NCBI GenBank assembly: GCA_020341815.1
Contig: CP070837.1
Coordinates: 1,368,195-1,432,194, forward strand
Reading direction: 5' to 3'
Origin: Candidatus Omnitrophota bacterium
Lineage (GTDB): Bacteria; Omnitrophota; Gorgyraeia; JAFGHF01
DNA: 64,000 nucleotides
The notes beneath the pieces were generated by a model. The model worked only from the letters and a program-made list of their open reading frames with translations. It did no database searches and had not been told where the DNA came from. This document shows positions 8,964 to 17,329 of the stretch, piece after piece. The translations under genes were made by a program, and so were the position numbers. Each line of letters starts with the position of its first letter. The stretch's first letter is position 1.

Positions 8964-9262
8964 ATATGGTAGGAACTTCAAATCTATATCTATATTCAAG
9001 TTCTTTTCCAATTCAAGCAAGCATAGGGGATGTTGAAGAATATACAGTAAAATCTTTGACAGAAGAAAAAAAAGATATACAAACTAGTAATGATTTAAGT
9101 ATAACACGATTTGATGCTATAGAATTTCGGACTGCCTATTGGACAAAAGACACCCCGCTTAGTATTAATCTTGAACTTAATTTTGATAATATAGAAAAGC
9201 GCAGATTACTATATGATTTGAATACTGAAGAAAAAGATATAAATGCCACATTTCACATATAA
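8960..9262 (+). CDS. hypothetical small protein (100 aa)
   Basis: Translationally coupled to the flanking genes. AT-rich. No motif recognised. Confidence 0.45.
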   Translation: MNMVGTSNLYLYSSSFPIQASIGDVEEYTVKSLTEEKKDIQTSNDLSITRFDAIEFRTAYWTKDTPLSINLELNFDNIEKRRLLYDLNTEEKDINATFHI

Positions 9263-10121
9263 AAGACCTACCACACAATTATCCCAAGGTGACATACTCG
9301 CAAAGACAGAAGACATAAAAAGAGTTCTGGAAAAAGTCCACCCTCATTATCTCAAAGAAGATTACCTCTATTTTATTGTATTAACGCAATCCTGCGATTT
9401 AGTTCGTAGAAAAGGCGATCGTTGCATTGCTCAATACATTACACTGGCTGCTATTCGTCCTCTAGAGCTTTTAATTGCAAGACAAATAAGAAAATACCAA
9501 AAAGATATTATTGAAATAAAAGGAAAATTTGTTGCCCGTTCAAAACAAAACCTGTTAAATAATTTTATTACTCGGTTATTAAATAACAATGAACCAGACT
9601 ATTTTTATCTACACGAAGATGCAACTATGGGCTTTCCTGAATCTTGTGTAGCTTTTTTGAGATTGTCAATCGCACTTAAAGCAAGCCTACATTATGAAAA
9701 TTGTCTAAAAGCCAAAAAGCTGGAGCTCGATGATAATTTTAAGGCCAAACTGGGATGGCTTGTTGGAAATATATATTCGAGGGTAGGTACTGATGATTGG
9801 GTTCCGGACTACAGGGATGAAGGTCAATTTAATAAAATGATACAAGAGATTTTAAATGCAAACTGCCTTTGGATAGATAATATAAAAGAATTTTTGAGAC
9901 AGGTTCGTTCAAAATATACTTCTGAGCAAATTGAAAGAATGAGAGAAACGGAATTGCAAAAATTGGTACAGACTATTAGAATCCCTACTAAAAAAGAACA
10001 GATTTTAAATCGATTACAAGAGTTGCTACACCAAGATACAACTATAACAGACAAGAGTGTTGTTGGTAAAGTTATTAAAAGGATCAAAAACGACACAACG
10101 ATATCTGGCTTGTTAAAATAA
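9243..10121 (+). CDS. hypothetical protein (292 aa)
   Basis: Overlaps the upstream gene by 20 nt. Has a conserved-looking LSQGDIL...YFIVLTQSCDL segment. No family assigned. Confidence 0.5.
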   Translation: MPHFTYKRPTTQLSQGDILAKTEDIKRVLEKVHPHYLKEDYLYFIVLTQSCDLVRRKGDRCIAQYITLAAIRPLELLIARQIRKYQKDIIEIKGKFVARSKQNLLNNFITRLLNNNEPDYFYLHEDATMGFPESCVAFLRLSIALKASLHYENCLKAKKLELDDNFKAKLGWLVGNIYSRVGTDDWVPDYRDEGQFNKMIQEILNANCLWIDNIKEFLRQVRSKYTSEQIERMRETELQKLVQTIRIPTKKEQILNRLQELLHQDTTITDKSVVGKVIKRIKNDTTISGLLK

Positions 10122-10183
10122 GCATTCTAACTAATTTATATAAAAATAAAAGCTAAAAAACTTTGAGAAATGGAGATAGCACT

Positions 10184-11161
10184 ATGTCATTAGCAATAAA
10201 TACAACAACGCCAGAAGGAATTGTTTTAGCAACTGATAGTAGACAATCTTATCGTAATCGTAAAGGAATGGCCCGAATAGGAAGTGATAATGCTTCTAAG
10301 CTTTTTCAGCTAAACAAAAGAGTTGGAGTTGCCGTAACTGGGTTAGCATTTTTGCCTGAAAATGGAGTACCTAAAAATATAAGTAAGTTTATTGAAGAAT
10401 TTAAACGGGAAACTGAAGTAGAAAAATTAGATGTCAAAGATATAGCTGAAAAATTACATTTTCTTTTTAACGAAAAATATAGATGGGAAGAACAATTAGA
10501 TAAAATACCAGAAAAGATTAAGGGTGATCTTCAAAAACAAGGCTGCGAAGTCCTAGAAATTAAAAAAGAACAATATAGAGTTAAATTCCGTTTCAAAGAT
10601 CCTCAAGGTAATGTAAAAGATGGTGTAGGTGGAGTAGATATGATAATTCTTTTAGTTGCAGGATATAATAAAAATGGTTCTCACGAGGTCCATATTTGTT
10701 ATATTCCAGGAGAAATTCAAAAGAAAAGAGATAGCAGAGAAAGAGGCAAAGAATATGGTGCTTCTTGGATTGGGCAAAGCGATGTAGTGATACGGATTAT
10801 TTTGGGTTGTGATAGTAGGGTAAGAAATATTAAGTTTGTTAATGAAGCAATTCAAAAATATAATATAGAAGAGATAAATAAACAACTAAGAAACTTACAA
10901 TATAACATTCAATGGGGCACAATGGCTCTTCAGGATGCTGTTGATTTCTGTGTTCTGATGATTCAGACTACTTCAGCTATTCAACGGTTCTCGGATGGCA
11001 TTCTAGCCGACCTTGGAGCCATGCCAGGTGTTGGTGGTTCTGTTGATGTTGCAGTAATAACACCTGATAAAGGATTTGTTTGGCTAAGTAAAAAGACGTT
11101 AAAAGCTGGAAAGGCTGAGATAGATTTAGATAAAGAATCCTATTCAGATAAGCTAGAATAG
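10184..11161 (+). CDS. proteasome beta-subunit / HslV-like Ntn-hydrolase domain protein with a C-terminal extension of unknown function
   Basis: The N-terminus reads ...AIN-TTTPEGIVLATDSRQSY...ASKLFQLNKRVGVAVTGLA. This matches the proteasome beta/HslV signature: N-terminal Thr nucleophile after a short propeptide, then (V)(L)A(A/T)DSR, then the ...GVA.(T/S)G strand. RBS GGAGAT lies before the ATG at 10184; the ORF track starts at 10163. Confidence 0.5.
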   Translation: MSLAINTTTPEGIVLATDSRQSYRNRKGMARIGSDNASKLFQLNKRVGVAVTGLAFLPENGVPKNISKFIEEFKRETEVEKLDVKDIAEKLHFLFNEKYRWEEQLDKIPEKIKGDLQKQGCEVLEIKKEQYRVKFRFKDPQGNVKDGVGGVDMIILLVAGYNKNGSHEVHICYIPGEIQKKRDSRERGKEYGASWIGQSDVVIRIILGCDSRVRNIKFVNEAIQKYNIEEINKQLRNLQYNIQWGTMALQDAVDFCVLMIQTTSAIQRFSDGILADLGAMPGVGGSVDVAVITPDKGFVWLSKKTLKAGKAEIDLDKESYSDKLE

Positions 11162-11191
11162 TTGTTTTAATAGAACTTCCAACTTTCCACC

Positions 11192-11310
11192 CAATCCCTA
11201 AGAATCCCTAAGAATTCCGGGCATAATTCGCGGGAATTCCAGGGACAGCTCACTTAATTCCCGATAGATTAGTTGTTTCAGGGATTATGCTTTACTTACA
11301 CCTACGAGGT
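11192..11310 (+). repeat. family-A intergenic repeat copy 2, with a CCCTAAGAAT tandem duplication and AATTCCnGGG direct sub-repeats
   Basis: AATTCCGGGCATAATTCGCGGGAATTCCAGGGACAGCTCACTTAATTCCCGATAGATTAGTTGTTTCAGGGATTATGCTTTACTTACACCTAC. It is colinear with copy 1 through the CTTACACCTAC half-site. Confidence 0.6.
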
Positions 11311-11333
11311 GGTAATTGAAAACAGGAGGTATA

Positions 11334-12593
11334 ATGTTACAATCACCACAGCAGACGAACATTTCATTTGACGGTCTGGGCATCGCTCCCAGGATACTTG
11401 AAATATTGGACCGGATGCGGTTTACTCATCCTACGACCATTCAACACAAGGCTATTCCTATCGGAATAGAAGGAAAGGATGTTATCGGTATCGCTCAGAC
11501 CGGAACCGGTAAAACGCTTGCTTTTGCTATCCCCATTATCCAGCGCCTTTCCCAGAGAAAAAAAGGACGCGCTTTAATTCTTGCGCCTACCAGGGAGCTT
11601 GCTGTCCAGATTAACGAGACGTTTGAAAAAATAGCCCCGTCATTCGGCATAAAGACGGTTGTTATTATAGGGGGAGCGTCTATGCATATGCAGCTGGCGG
11701 CATTGAGAAAGAACCCCCGCGTTATAATAGCGACACCCGGACGGCTTGTCGATCACATAGGCCGGCGCACAGTCTTTTTAGCGGACACAAATGTTTTAGT
11801 GCTTGATGAGGCCGATCGTATGTTTGACATGGGGTTTATGCCGCAGATAGAACGCATCCTCAAGGTTGTTCCGAAAAATAAACAGACGATGCTCTTTTCG
11901 GCGACAATCTCCGGGGAAGTTGTGAAAATAGCAGCCGCCTATATGAAGCTTCCTGTTCATGTCGAAGTCGCGCCATCCGGAACTGCCGCCGAAGGCGTAA
12001 TTCAGGAATTATTTATTGTTAAAAAGAACGCAAAGAAACGGCTCTTATTGAAATTGCTCCAGGGGTATCACGGAGCGGTGCTTGTCTTTTCCCGGACGAA
12101 GATGGGCGCTGGAAGGATTGCCAGATTTATCAGAGAGGCAGGCCATAGTGCCGCTGAGATACATTCCAATCGCTCGCTTAACCAGCGCAAACAAGCGCTT
12201 GAGGGTTTTAAGTCCGGCAGATATAGAGTGCTTGTTGCTACCGATATAGCGGCCAGGGGTATAGATGTTATCGGTATAGAGCTTGTTCTTAACTATGATA
12301 TCCCCGATGATACAGAAAATTACGTGCATCGCATCGGGCGCACAGGACGCGCCGGCCACAAAGGGCGGGCCATCTCTTTCGCCACGCCTGAGCAAGGCGG
12401 CGATGTCCGCAATATAGAAAGACTTATCAAAACCGCTTTGCCTATAGCCGAGCACCCCGAGTTTCCCCGGGAAAGATTTACTCAGCATTCTTCAAAGGGC
12501 TCGCAGTCTCGTCAGTTTCACGGCAGGAGAAGACATAAGCAAAGAAGACGAAAGAGGCCCCGTCGCTCCGAATCCCGGGGACACAACACTTAA
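11334..12593 (+). CDS. DEAD-box ATP-dependent RNA helicase (RhlE/DeaD-like)
   Basis: Q-motif region followed by motifs AQTGTGKT, PTRELA, DEAD (VLDEADRM), SAT and HRIGRTGRAG, plus a basic C-terminal tail. RBS AGGAGG lies before the ATG at 11334. The stop sits inside family-A repeat copy 3. Confidence 0.85.
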   Translation: MLQSPQQTNISFDGLGIAPRILEILDRMRFTHPTTIQHKAIPIGIEGKDVIGIAQTGTGKTLAFAIPIIQRLSQRKKGRALILAPTRELAVQINETFEKIAPSFGIKTVVIIGGASMHMQLAALRKNPRVIIATPGRLVDHIGRRTVFLADTNVLVLDEADRMFDMGFMPQIERILKVVPKNKQTMLFSATISGEVVKIAAAYMKLPVHVEVAPSGTAAEGVIQELFIVKKNAKKRLLLKLLQGYHGAVLVFSRTKMGAGRIARFIREAGHSAAEIHSNRSLNQRKQALEGFKSGRYRVLVATDIAARGIDVIGIELVLNYDIPDDTENYVHRIGRTGRAGHKGRAISFATPEQGGDVRNIERLIKTALPIAEHPEFPRERFTQHSSKGSQSRQFHGRRRHKQRRRKRPRRSESRGHNT

Positions 12594-12683
12594 TTCCCGA
12601 TTTCATACATAAAAGGGCCATTATTTGCCAAAGCTAAGATACGAAGTAGATCCGCATAATAGATTAGTTGTTTCAGGAACCGA
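12571..12683 (+). repeat. family-A repeat copy 3, split into two parts (12571..12601 and 12656..12683) by a 54-nt insertion
   Basis: The left part overlaps the helicase stop. The right part (ATAATAGATTAGTTGTTTCAGGA) encodes residues HNRLVVSG of the next ORF. The insertion carries that ORF's TTG start. Confidence 0.55.
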
Positions 12684-13632
12684 TAAAAAACTGCCTCTGG
12701 GGCGGTTTCGCAGGGTTTTTGATGGAAGATTTAAGATTGGGCCGGGTAATACCTTAATATATCATATCAAAGGCCCGATGTATGGCCTTGGGCCAGAAGA
12801 AAAAACGCCTCATCAGGTAAAGTTAAGGGGTAAATGGGCCTTGACCAAGAATCATGATTTGGTGCTCACACTTGATAAATGGCGCAGGCAGAGGATAGGA
12901 GATGAGCTTACCCTGCAGGGTGAAGTAATAGCTGCAGAGGCAAGCTCATTACTTTTTGCCGTTACAACAAGGTCAGAAAAGGATCTTGCCTCAACATATC
13001 TTTTGAAACTGCAGGGCATCTGGCAGGCAGATGAGCACAATAGGCTTATATTCAGGGTTAAGAGGGGCCAGGGAAGGCACGATACCTTAATTTTTGAGGG
13101 TATCTGGGAGATTAATAAGCATCATAGGATAATATACCACTATAAAAAAGCCCAACTCACACGAAAAAAGACATTAGATAAGACTATAACCTTTAAAGGC
13201 TATTGGGATATAGTTAGACGAAACAGGCTATCTTATAACTTAAGCCTGGATAATAAGTCAGGATTTGATTTTAAGACAGGCTTAGGCCGCCTGGATAAAG
13301 GTTATATAAAATATGAGATAGGTATAGGGGTAACTCCTGTTAGGCGCATCGTAATCCTATTTGGTAAATGGAAGATAAAGAAAAATACCGGCCTGTTATT
13401 TGAAATAGAGTATGAGAAAGGAAAGCCTCAAGCCATAATCTTTGGGGCTGAGGCCAGATTAACAAAACAGGATAAGATTGAATTTAAGCTTAAGAATATA
13501 TTCCATAAAGACTTAGGGATGGAGCTTAAGCTATCCAGAAGGCTTATTAAAGGCGATGGTGAAGCCTTCCTTAAGCTGCTTAGGGATAAAGAAGAAGTTA
13601 GTGTGTATGTGGGTGGGGCATGGAGATGGTAG
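12625..13632 (+). CDS. hypothetical internally repetitive protein (about 40-aa repeats with an N/H-R-L/I-I/V-F/Y ... G-W pattern)
   Basis: 335 aa. TTG start, so the start is uncertain. Recurring segments: DPHNRLVVSG, DEHNRLIFRVKRG, NKHHRIIYHYKK, VRRNRLSYNLSLD. Confidence 0.45.
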   Translation: MPKLRYEVDPHNRLVVSGTDKKLPLGRFRRVFDGRFKIGPGNTLIYHIKGPMYGLGPEEKTPHQVKLRGKWALTKNHDLVLTLDKWRRQRIGDELTLQGEVIAAEASSLLFAVTTRSEKDLASTYLLKLQGIWQADEHNRLIFRVKRGQGRHDTLIFEGIWEINKHHRIIYHYKKAQLTRKKTLDKTITFKGYWDIVRRNRLSYNLSLDNKSGFDFKTGLGRLDKGYIKYEIGIGVTPVRRIVILFGKWKIKKNTGLLFEIEYEKGKPQAIIFGAEARLTKQDKIEFKLKNIFHKDLGMELKLSRRLIKGDGEAFLKLLRDKEEVSVYVGGAWRW

Positions 13633-13655
13633 ATTAGGAAAGGAGGGAATTCCCG

Positions 13656-14675
13656 ATGAAGCGATTAGCGGTATTTTGCGATGGGACTTGGCAGGACTTA
13701 AAAACAGATTACCCCACTAATGTTGTTAAATTAATGCAAGCCATGAAAAATAAAGACCGCGATGGCGTTGCCCAAATTGCGTTTTATGACGCGGGCATTG
13801 GCACAGCCGGATGGTATGATAAGCTCGCTGGCGGGGCGTTGGGGAAAGGTATCGATACGAATATTCTTGATTGTTACCGGTTTCTAATCTTGAATTATGA
13901 GCCCGGTGACGAGGTGTATCTTTTTGGCTTCAGCCGCGGCGCCTATACAGTCCGCTCGCTTGCCGGCCTTATTTACTGTTCCGGCTTACCTCAGCGCCAA
14001 CATATTCGCAGGATACACGAGGCATATCAGTTGTATCGTGATCCCGCCGTAAAACCAAGCAGTGAGAAGGCGCGGAATTTTAGGCTGGCCTATGGCGAGA
14101 ATATTGCTATCACTCTTTTAGGATGTTGGGATACTGTCGGAGCTTTGGGTATTCCAAGCCACTTGCTTTTTAGCAGACGCATCAATAAAAAATACCAATT
14201 CCACGATACAAATCTTAATCGCAAGATCAGTCATGCATTACACGCTGTATCGATTGATGAACCGCGTAACGCATTTAACGTTACGCCTATGCATAGAAGC
14301 GAGGGTGCCGTCGAACAGGATATTGAAGAGGTTTGGTTTCCCGGCGACCATGGCGCAGTAGGCGGAAACAAGGATAAAGCCGGTCTTTCCGATATAACTT
14401 TACAATGGATGATTGAGCAGATAAAGATTTGCAATCTCGGACTTTCCTTTGACGCCGGATACGTCCAGCCGCCGCTTAATCCCAATCACGCCATACCGTT
14501 TAAGATAACAATGTCGCCGTTTGACCGAATAGTCTGCGGACGGATTGTGCGCACAATTACTGCAGAGTTTAAGGATATTCACGAAAGCGCCAAAAAACGC
14601 TGGCACGATTGTCTGGATTATCGCCCCAATAATTTAGTGGATAAATTTAAGGAAGAACTTGACAGGTGGATATAG
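13656..14675 (+). CDS. DUF2235 alpha/beta-hydrolase, T6SS Tle1-type phospholipase family
   Basis: VFCDGTWQD N-terminus and GxSxG nucleophile motif LFGFSRGAYTVRSLAG, which are characteristic of DUF2235/Tle1. Confidence 0.6.
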   Translation: MKRLAVFCDGTWQDLKTDYPTNVVKLMQAMKNKDRDGVAQIAFYDAGIGTAGWYDKLAGGALGKGIDTNILDCYRFLILNYEPGDEVYLFGFSRGAYTVRSLAGLIYCSGLPQRQHIRRIHEAYQLYRDPAVKPSSEKARNFRLAYGENIAITLLGCWDTVGALGIPSHLLFSRRINKKYQFHDTNLNRKISHALHAVSIDEPRNAFNVTPMHRSEGAVEQDIEEVWFPGDHGAVGGNKDKAGLSDITLQWMIEQIKICNLGLSFDAGYVQPPLNPNHAIPFKITMSPFDRIVCGRIVRTITAEFKDIHESAKKRWHDCLDYRPNNLVDKFKEELDRWI

Positions 14676-14694
14676 GCACAGCAACCGTTTGTCC

Positions 14695-14728
14695 GGCCTC
14701 AAGATAACACTTGAGGCCGTTTTGTTTT
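14695..14728 (+). terminator. rho-independent terminator (CGGCCTCAAG / CTTGAGGCCG, followed by GTTTTGTTTT)
   Basis: 10-bp perfect stem, 6-nt loop, T-rich tail. The 3' arm doubles as the -35 box of the next promoter. Confidence 0.6.
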
Positions 14729-14739
14729 AGAGGTATAAT
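14711..14739 (+). promoter_or_regulatory. sigma70-like promoter TTGAGG-N17-TATAAT; the ATG at 14746 is only 6 nt past the -10 box (leaderless or near-leaderless transcript)
   Basis: Duplicate of the promoter at 7884..7912. There is no room for an RBS before 14746. Confidence 0.4.
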
Positions 14740-14745
14740 TGAAAT

Positions 14746-15420
14746 ATGAATCCCTCCGAATTAAAGAAAAAGACATTGATATGGACTGTCGTGTCGTTTT
14801 TGATGATGGGGCTGCTTTTGTTTTTGCCTGCGGGAACCGTGTTTTATTGGCAGGCCTGGGTGTATATGGCGATTCTATTTGTGCCTATGCTATTTGCCAT
14901 CGGGTATTTACTTAAATATGATCCTGTGTTATTGGAGCGCAGGTTGAGATTGAAGGAAAAGCTGGTGCTTCAGGATAGGCTCATCAAATGGGCCTATTTG
15001 ATCTTTGGGTTGTTTCTTGTGATTCCGGGCCTGGATCAGCGTTATCATTGGTCGAAGGTGGCGCCGGCAGTGGTGGTGCCGGCAGAAATATTGGTTTTAG
15101 CCGGATATATATTATGTTTATGGGTGTTTAAAGAGAATCCCTATGCCTCGCGCATTGTTGAGGTAATGCCGGAGCAGAAGGTGGTTACTACCGGCCTGTA
15201 TGCGCTGGTGCGCCATCCTATGTATCTGGGGGCATTAGTCATGTATGTTTTTACGCCGCTTGCTCTGGGCTCTTACTGGGCGCTGTTACTTATTCCTTTC
15301 TTGACAATTTTTCTGGTGCTCCGAATCCTCGATGAGGAAAAATTATTATTGCGCCAGTTGAGAGGTTATTGGGAATATACCCAAAAGACCAGGTATCGTT
15401 TAATCCCGGGCATCTGGTAA
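14746..15420 (+). CDS. isoprenylcysteine carboxyl methyltransferase (ICMT) / phospholipid methyltransferase family membrane protein
   Basis: Multi-TM protein with VTTGLYALVRHPMYLGALVMY and a C-terminal EE..L motif, typical of ICMT/PEMT families. The stop sits inside family-A repeat copy 4. Confidence 0.6.
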   Translation: MNPSELKKKTLIWTVVSFLMMGLLLFLPAGTVFYWQAWVYMAILFVPMLFAIGYLLKYDPVLLERRLRLKEKLVLQDRLIKWAYLIFGLFLVIPGLDQRYHWSKVAPAVVVPAEILVLAGYILCLWVFKENPYASRIVEVMPEQKVVTTGLYALVRHPMYLGALVMYVFTPLALGSYWALLLIPFLTIFLVLRILDEEKLLLRQLRGYWEYTQKTRYRLIPGIW

Positions 15421-15440
15421 TAATTCCAGGGACACAATTC
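15402..15440 (+). repeat. family-A repeat copy 4 (AATCCCGGGCATCTGGTAATAATTCCAGGGACACAATTC)
   Basis: Same AAT(C/T)CCGGGCAT...AATTCCAGGGACA architecture as copy 2. Overlaps the stop of the ICMT gene. Confidence 0.5.
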
Positions 15441-15468
15441 TGTATCTAGTATAAAAGGCAAGGAGGAA

Positions 15469-15759
15469 ATGACCGAGTTCATTGTAAATGAAATTGTTGA
15501 CGGCGACACTTTTAAGGTTAAAAATGGCTGGAAATGGAACGAAAAAAGAGGTGATATTATTCGCCCTACGGGGTATAATACCCCTGAGAGAGAGGAGCCG
15601 GGATACGAGCAGGCGAAGCAAAAGCTAAAGAATCTTATCTTAGGGAAAACGATAGATATGAAAAGCGCTAAAGTTATTGATGAATGGGGAAGGTTAGTAG
15701 CGGATATTTATTACAACGGCAAAAATATCGCTGACTATTTCCCCGAGTATAAAGATTAA
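15469..15759 (+). CDS. staphylococcal-nuclease (SNase/thermonuclease)-like small protein
   Basis: V-DGDTFKV ... R..GYNTPE ... GK-hydrophobic ... D-WGR-VADIY matches the SNase core. Strong RBS AAGGAGG. Confidence 0.55.
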   Translation: MTEFIVNEIVDGDTFKVKNGWKWNEKRGDIIRPTGYNTPEREEPGYEQAKQKLKNLILGKTIDMKSAKVIDEWGRLVADIYYNGKNIADYFPEYKD

Positions 15760-15787
15760 GAACCGGAACCCGGGAAAGGAAGTGACT

Positions 15788-17329
15788 ATGGAAAATAAGC
15801 CTTGGTATATGAGAGTGTTATTAGCTATACAGAGTTTCTTTACGGACATCATAGGTACTATTTTTAAGAAGATCTTTCGCATAAATGTCGGCGCGAGTGA
15901 TAACGGCAACGGTGGCACAAACGCTGATGACACTGACACTGACACTGACACTGACACTGACACCGATACTGATACCGATACTGATACTATGATTCAGTGG
16001 CTGAAGACCAATGTTTTTGCAGATGGTATGCCCCGCAGTTTTGAAGTCCCGAAAGATTGGAGTGCAATTGGCGAGCCTGATACGGTGGAAGGGGTTATCG
16101 AAAGGATTATTATTAATAATAGCATCAGTACTTACGATGGCGCTACCTGGCAGATAGCTTTAGCTGTGGAAGGCGGAAAAGATAATTTAGCTGCCGCCGA
16201 TAAGTTTACCGAGGTTCTTAACAGTGGCAGCTGGTCTGAGCTGGAAATCATACGCGGCTACAAAGAATTTATCTATAGGGGTAAAAGATTGCCTGAGCAA
16301 AATGCCTATTTCTTCAGGCTTATTTCCCCTAACTGGCAGCAGCCTGACCCGTTAGATGGTAAGACCCATATTAAGGGATATCCCGGGCCAGATTATGATC
16401 GTGACCTTATTGTTTGGGCCGACTGGAAGCCGATTACAGGGGAAAATGCCTGGGTTATTATAGGTGCATTACAAACTGCCTATAAGAAATATAATGGAGA
16501 GGTTCCCTTAGACAAAGACGAGTTCAAATTGGCAGAAAGCATTATTCCGGCAATGGAGGCTCTGCAGATAGATATGGGAGCTATTTTGCATGCGCCGGAA
16601 GGTACTGACGGCAAGGACCCCGATGAGATCTCTACCGAAAATGACCTTTCGGCCTATGCCGCCTTGAAGATGATGCATAAAGTTACTAATGACTCTAGAT
16701 ATGATAGAATGATGCAGGGCCTGAGGAGCTATTTCATAGAATATGCTTTTGACAAAAGTAATAATATCTTCTATCAAGGGGGAAAATTCAAAAATAATAA
16801 CTTTAGCCCTAACCTAACCTTTGCGGTTGATTGTCAAACATGGGGTATTATGGTATTGACCCCTAAGACAATAGATGAATGGTTTAATGAAGAAGGCTTG
16901 GCCTATAAAATATGGAAGAATACCAAGAGACGTGCCGGCTATTATGATGTAAACGGTGTTTTAAGAGGGGTAGGTTATAGCGATGAAAAAGATATCTTAA
17001 GTGTAGAGTGGACGGCAGGCGCCATTTTTGCTGCTCATGCCTTAGCCGATTATTACAAGGATAGTCGGGGGGAGGAAGCTGCCAGGGATGCTCGTACTAT
17101 GAGGGAGGGTATCGATGAACTGAAATTGAAAATTAACAGCAAAGAGACCGCCTACTATTATGCTAATAAACGGTATTATATACCCTTTGGTTGGTGGGCT
17201 AACCCTATACTCAGCACCACTTCTACGGCTTGGGTATACTTTGTAGATAAAGGCTTTGATCCTTTCTTGCTTGGAGGAAGAAAGGATATTTCTATTTCAA
17301 TTCCCAATTTTTCGAATTCCTTAAAATAA
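15788..17329 (+). CDS. hypothetical protein with an N-terminal (Thr-Asp)10 low-complexity tract
   Basis: ORF-track start 15782 is GTG. ATG at 15788 has RBS GGAAAGGAAG. No catalytic motif identified. Glycosidase-like alpha-toroid is possible but unsupported. Confidence 0.5.
   Translation: MENKPWYMRVLLAIQSFFTDIIGTIFKKIFRINVGASDNGNGGTNADDTDTDTDTDTDTDTDTDTDTMIQWLKTNVFADGMPRSFEVPKDWSAIGEPDTVEGVIERIIINNSISTYDGATWQIALAVEGGKDNLAAADKFTEVLNSGSWSELEIIRGYKEFIYRGKRLPEQNAYFFRLISPNWQQPDPLDGKTHIKGYPGPDYDRDLIVWADWKPITGENAWVIIGALQTAYKKYNGEVPLDKDEFKLAESIIPAMEALQIDMGAILHAPEGTDGKDPDEISTENDLSAYAALKMMHKVTNDSRYDRMMQGLRSYFIEYAFDKSNNIFYQGGKFKNNNFSPNLTFAVDCQTWGIMVLTPKTIDEWFNEEGLAYKIWKNTKRRAGYYDVNGVLRGVGYSDEKDILSVEWTAGAIFAAHALADYYKDSRGEEAARDARTMREGIDELKLKINSKETAYYYANKRYYIPFGWWANPILSTTSTAWVYFVDKGFDPFLLGGRKDISISIPNFSNSLK
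15926..15988 (+). repeat. hexanucleotide microsatellite (GACACT/GATACY)x10 encoding (TD)n
   Basis: Read directly from the sequence. The unit is in-frame (6 nt), so expansion or contraction changes linker length without shifting the frame. Confidence 0.8.

Noticed and set aside
15694-15963. Minus-strand ORF translating to MSVSVSVSVS
   Set aside because: Antisense shadow of the (GACACT)n microsatellite inside the well-supported + strand gene.
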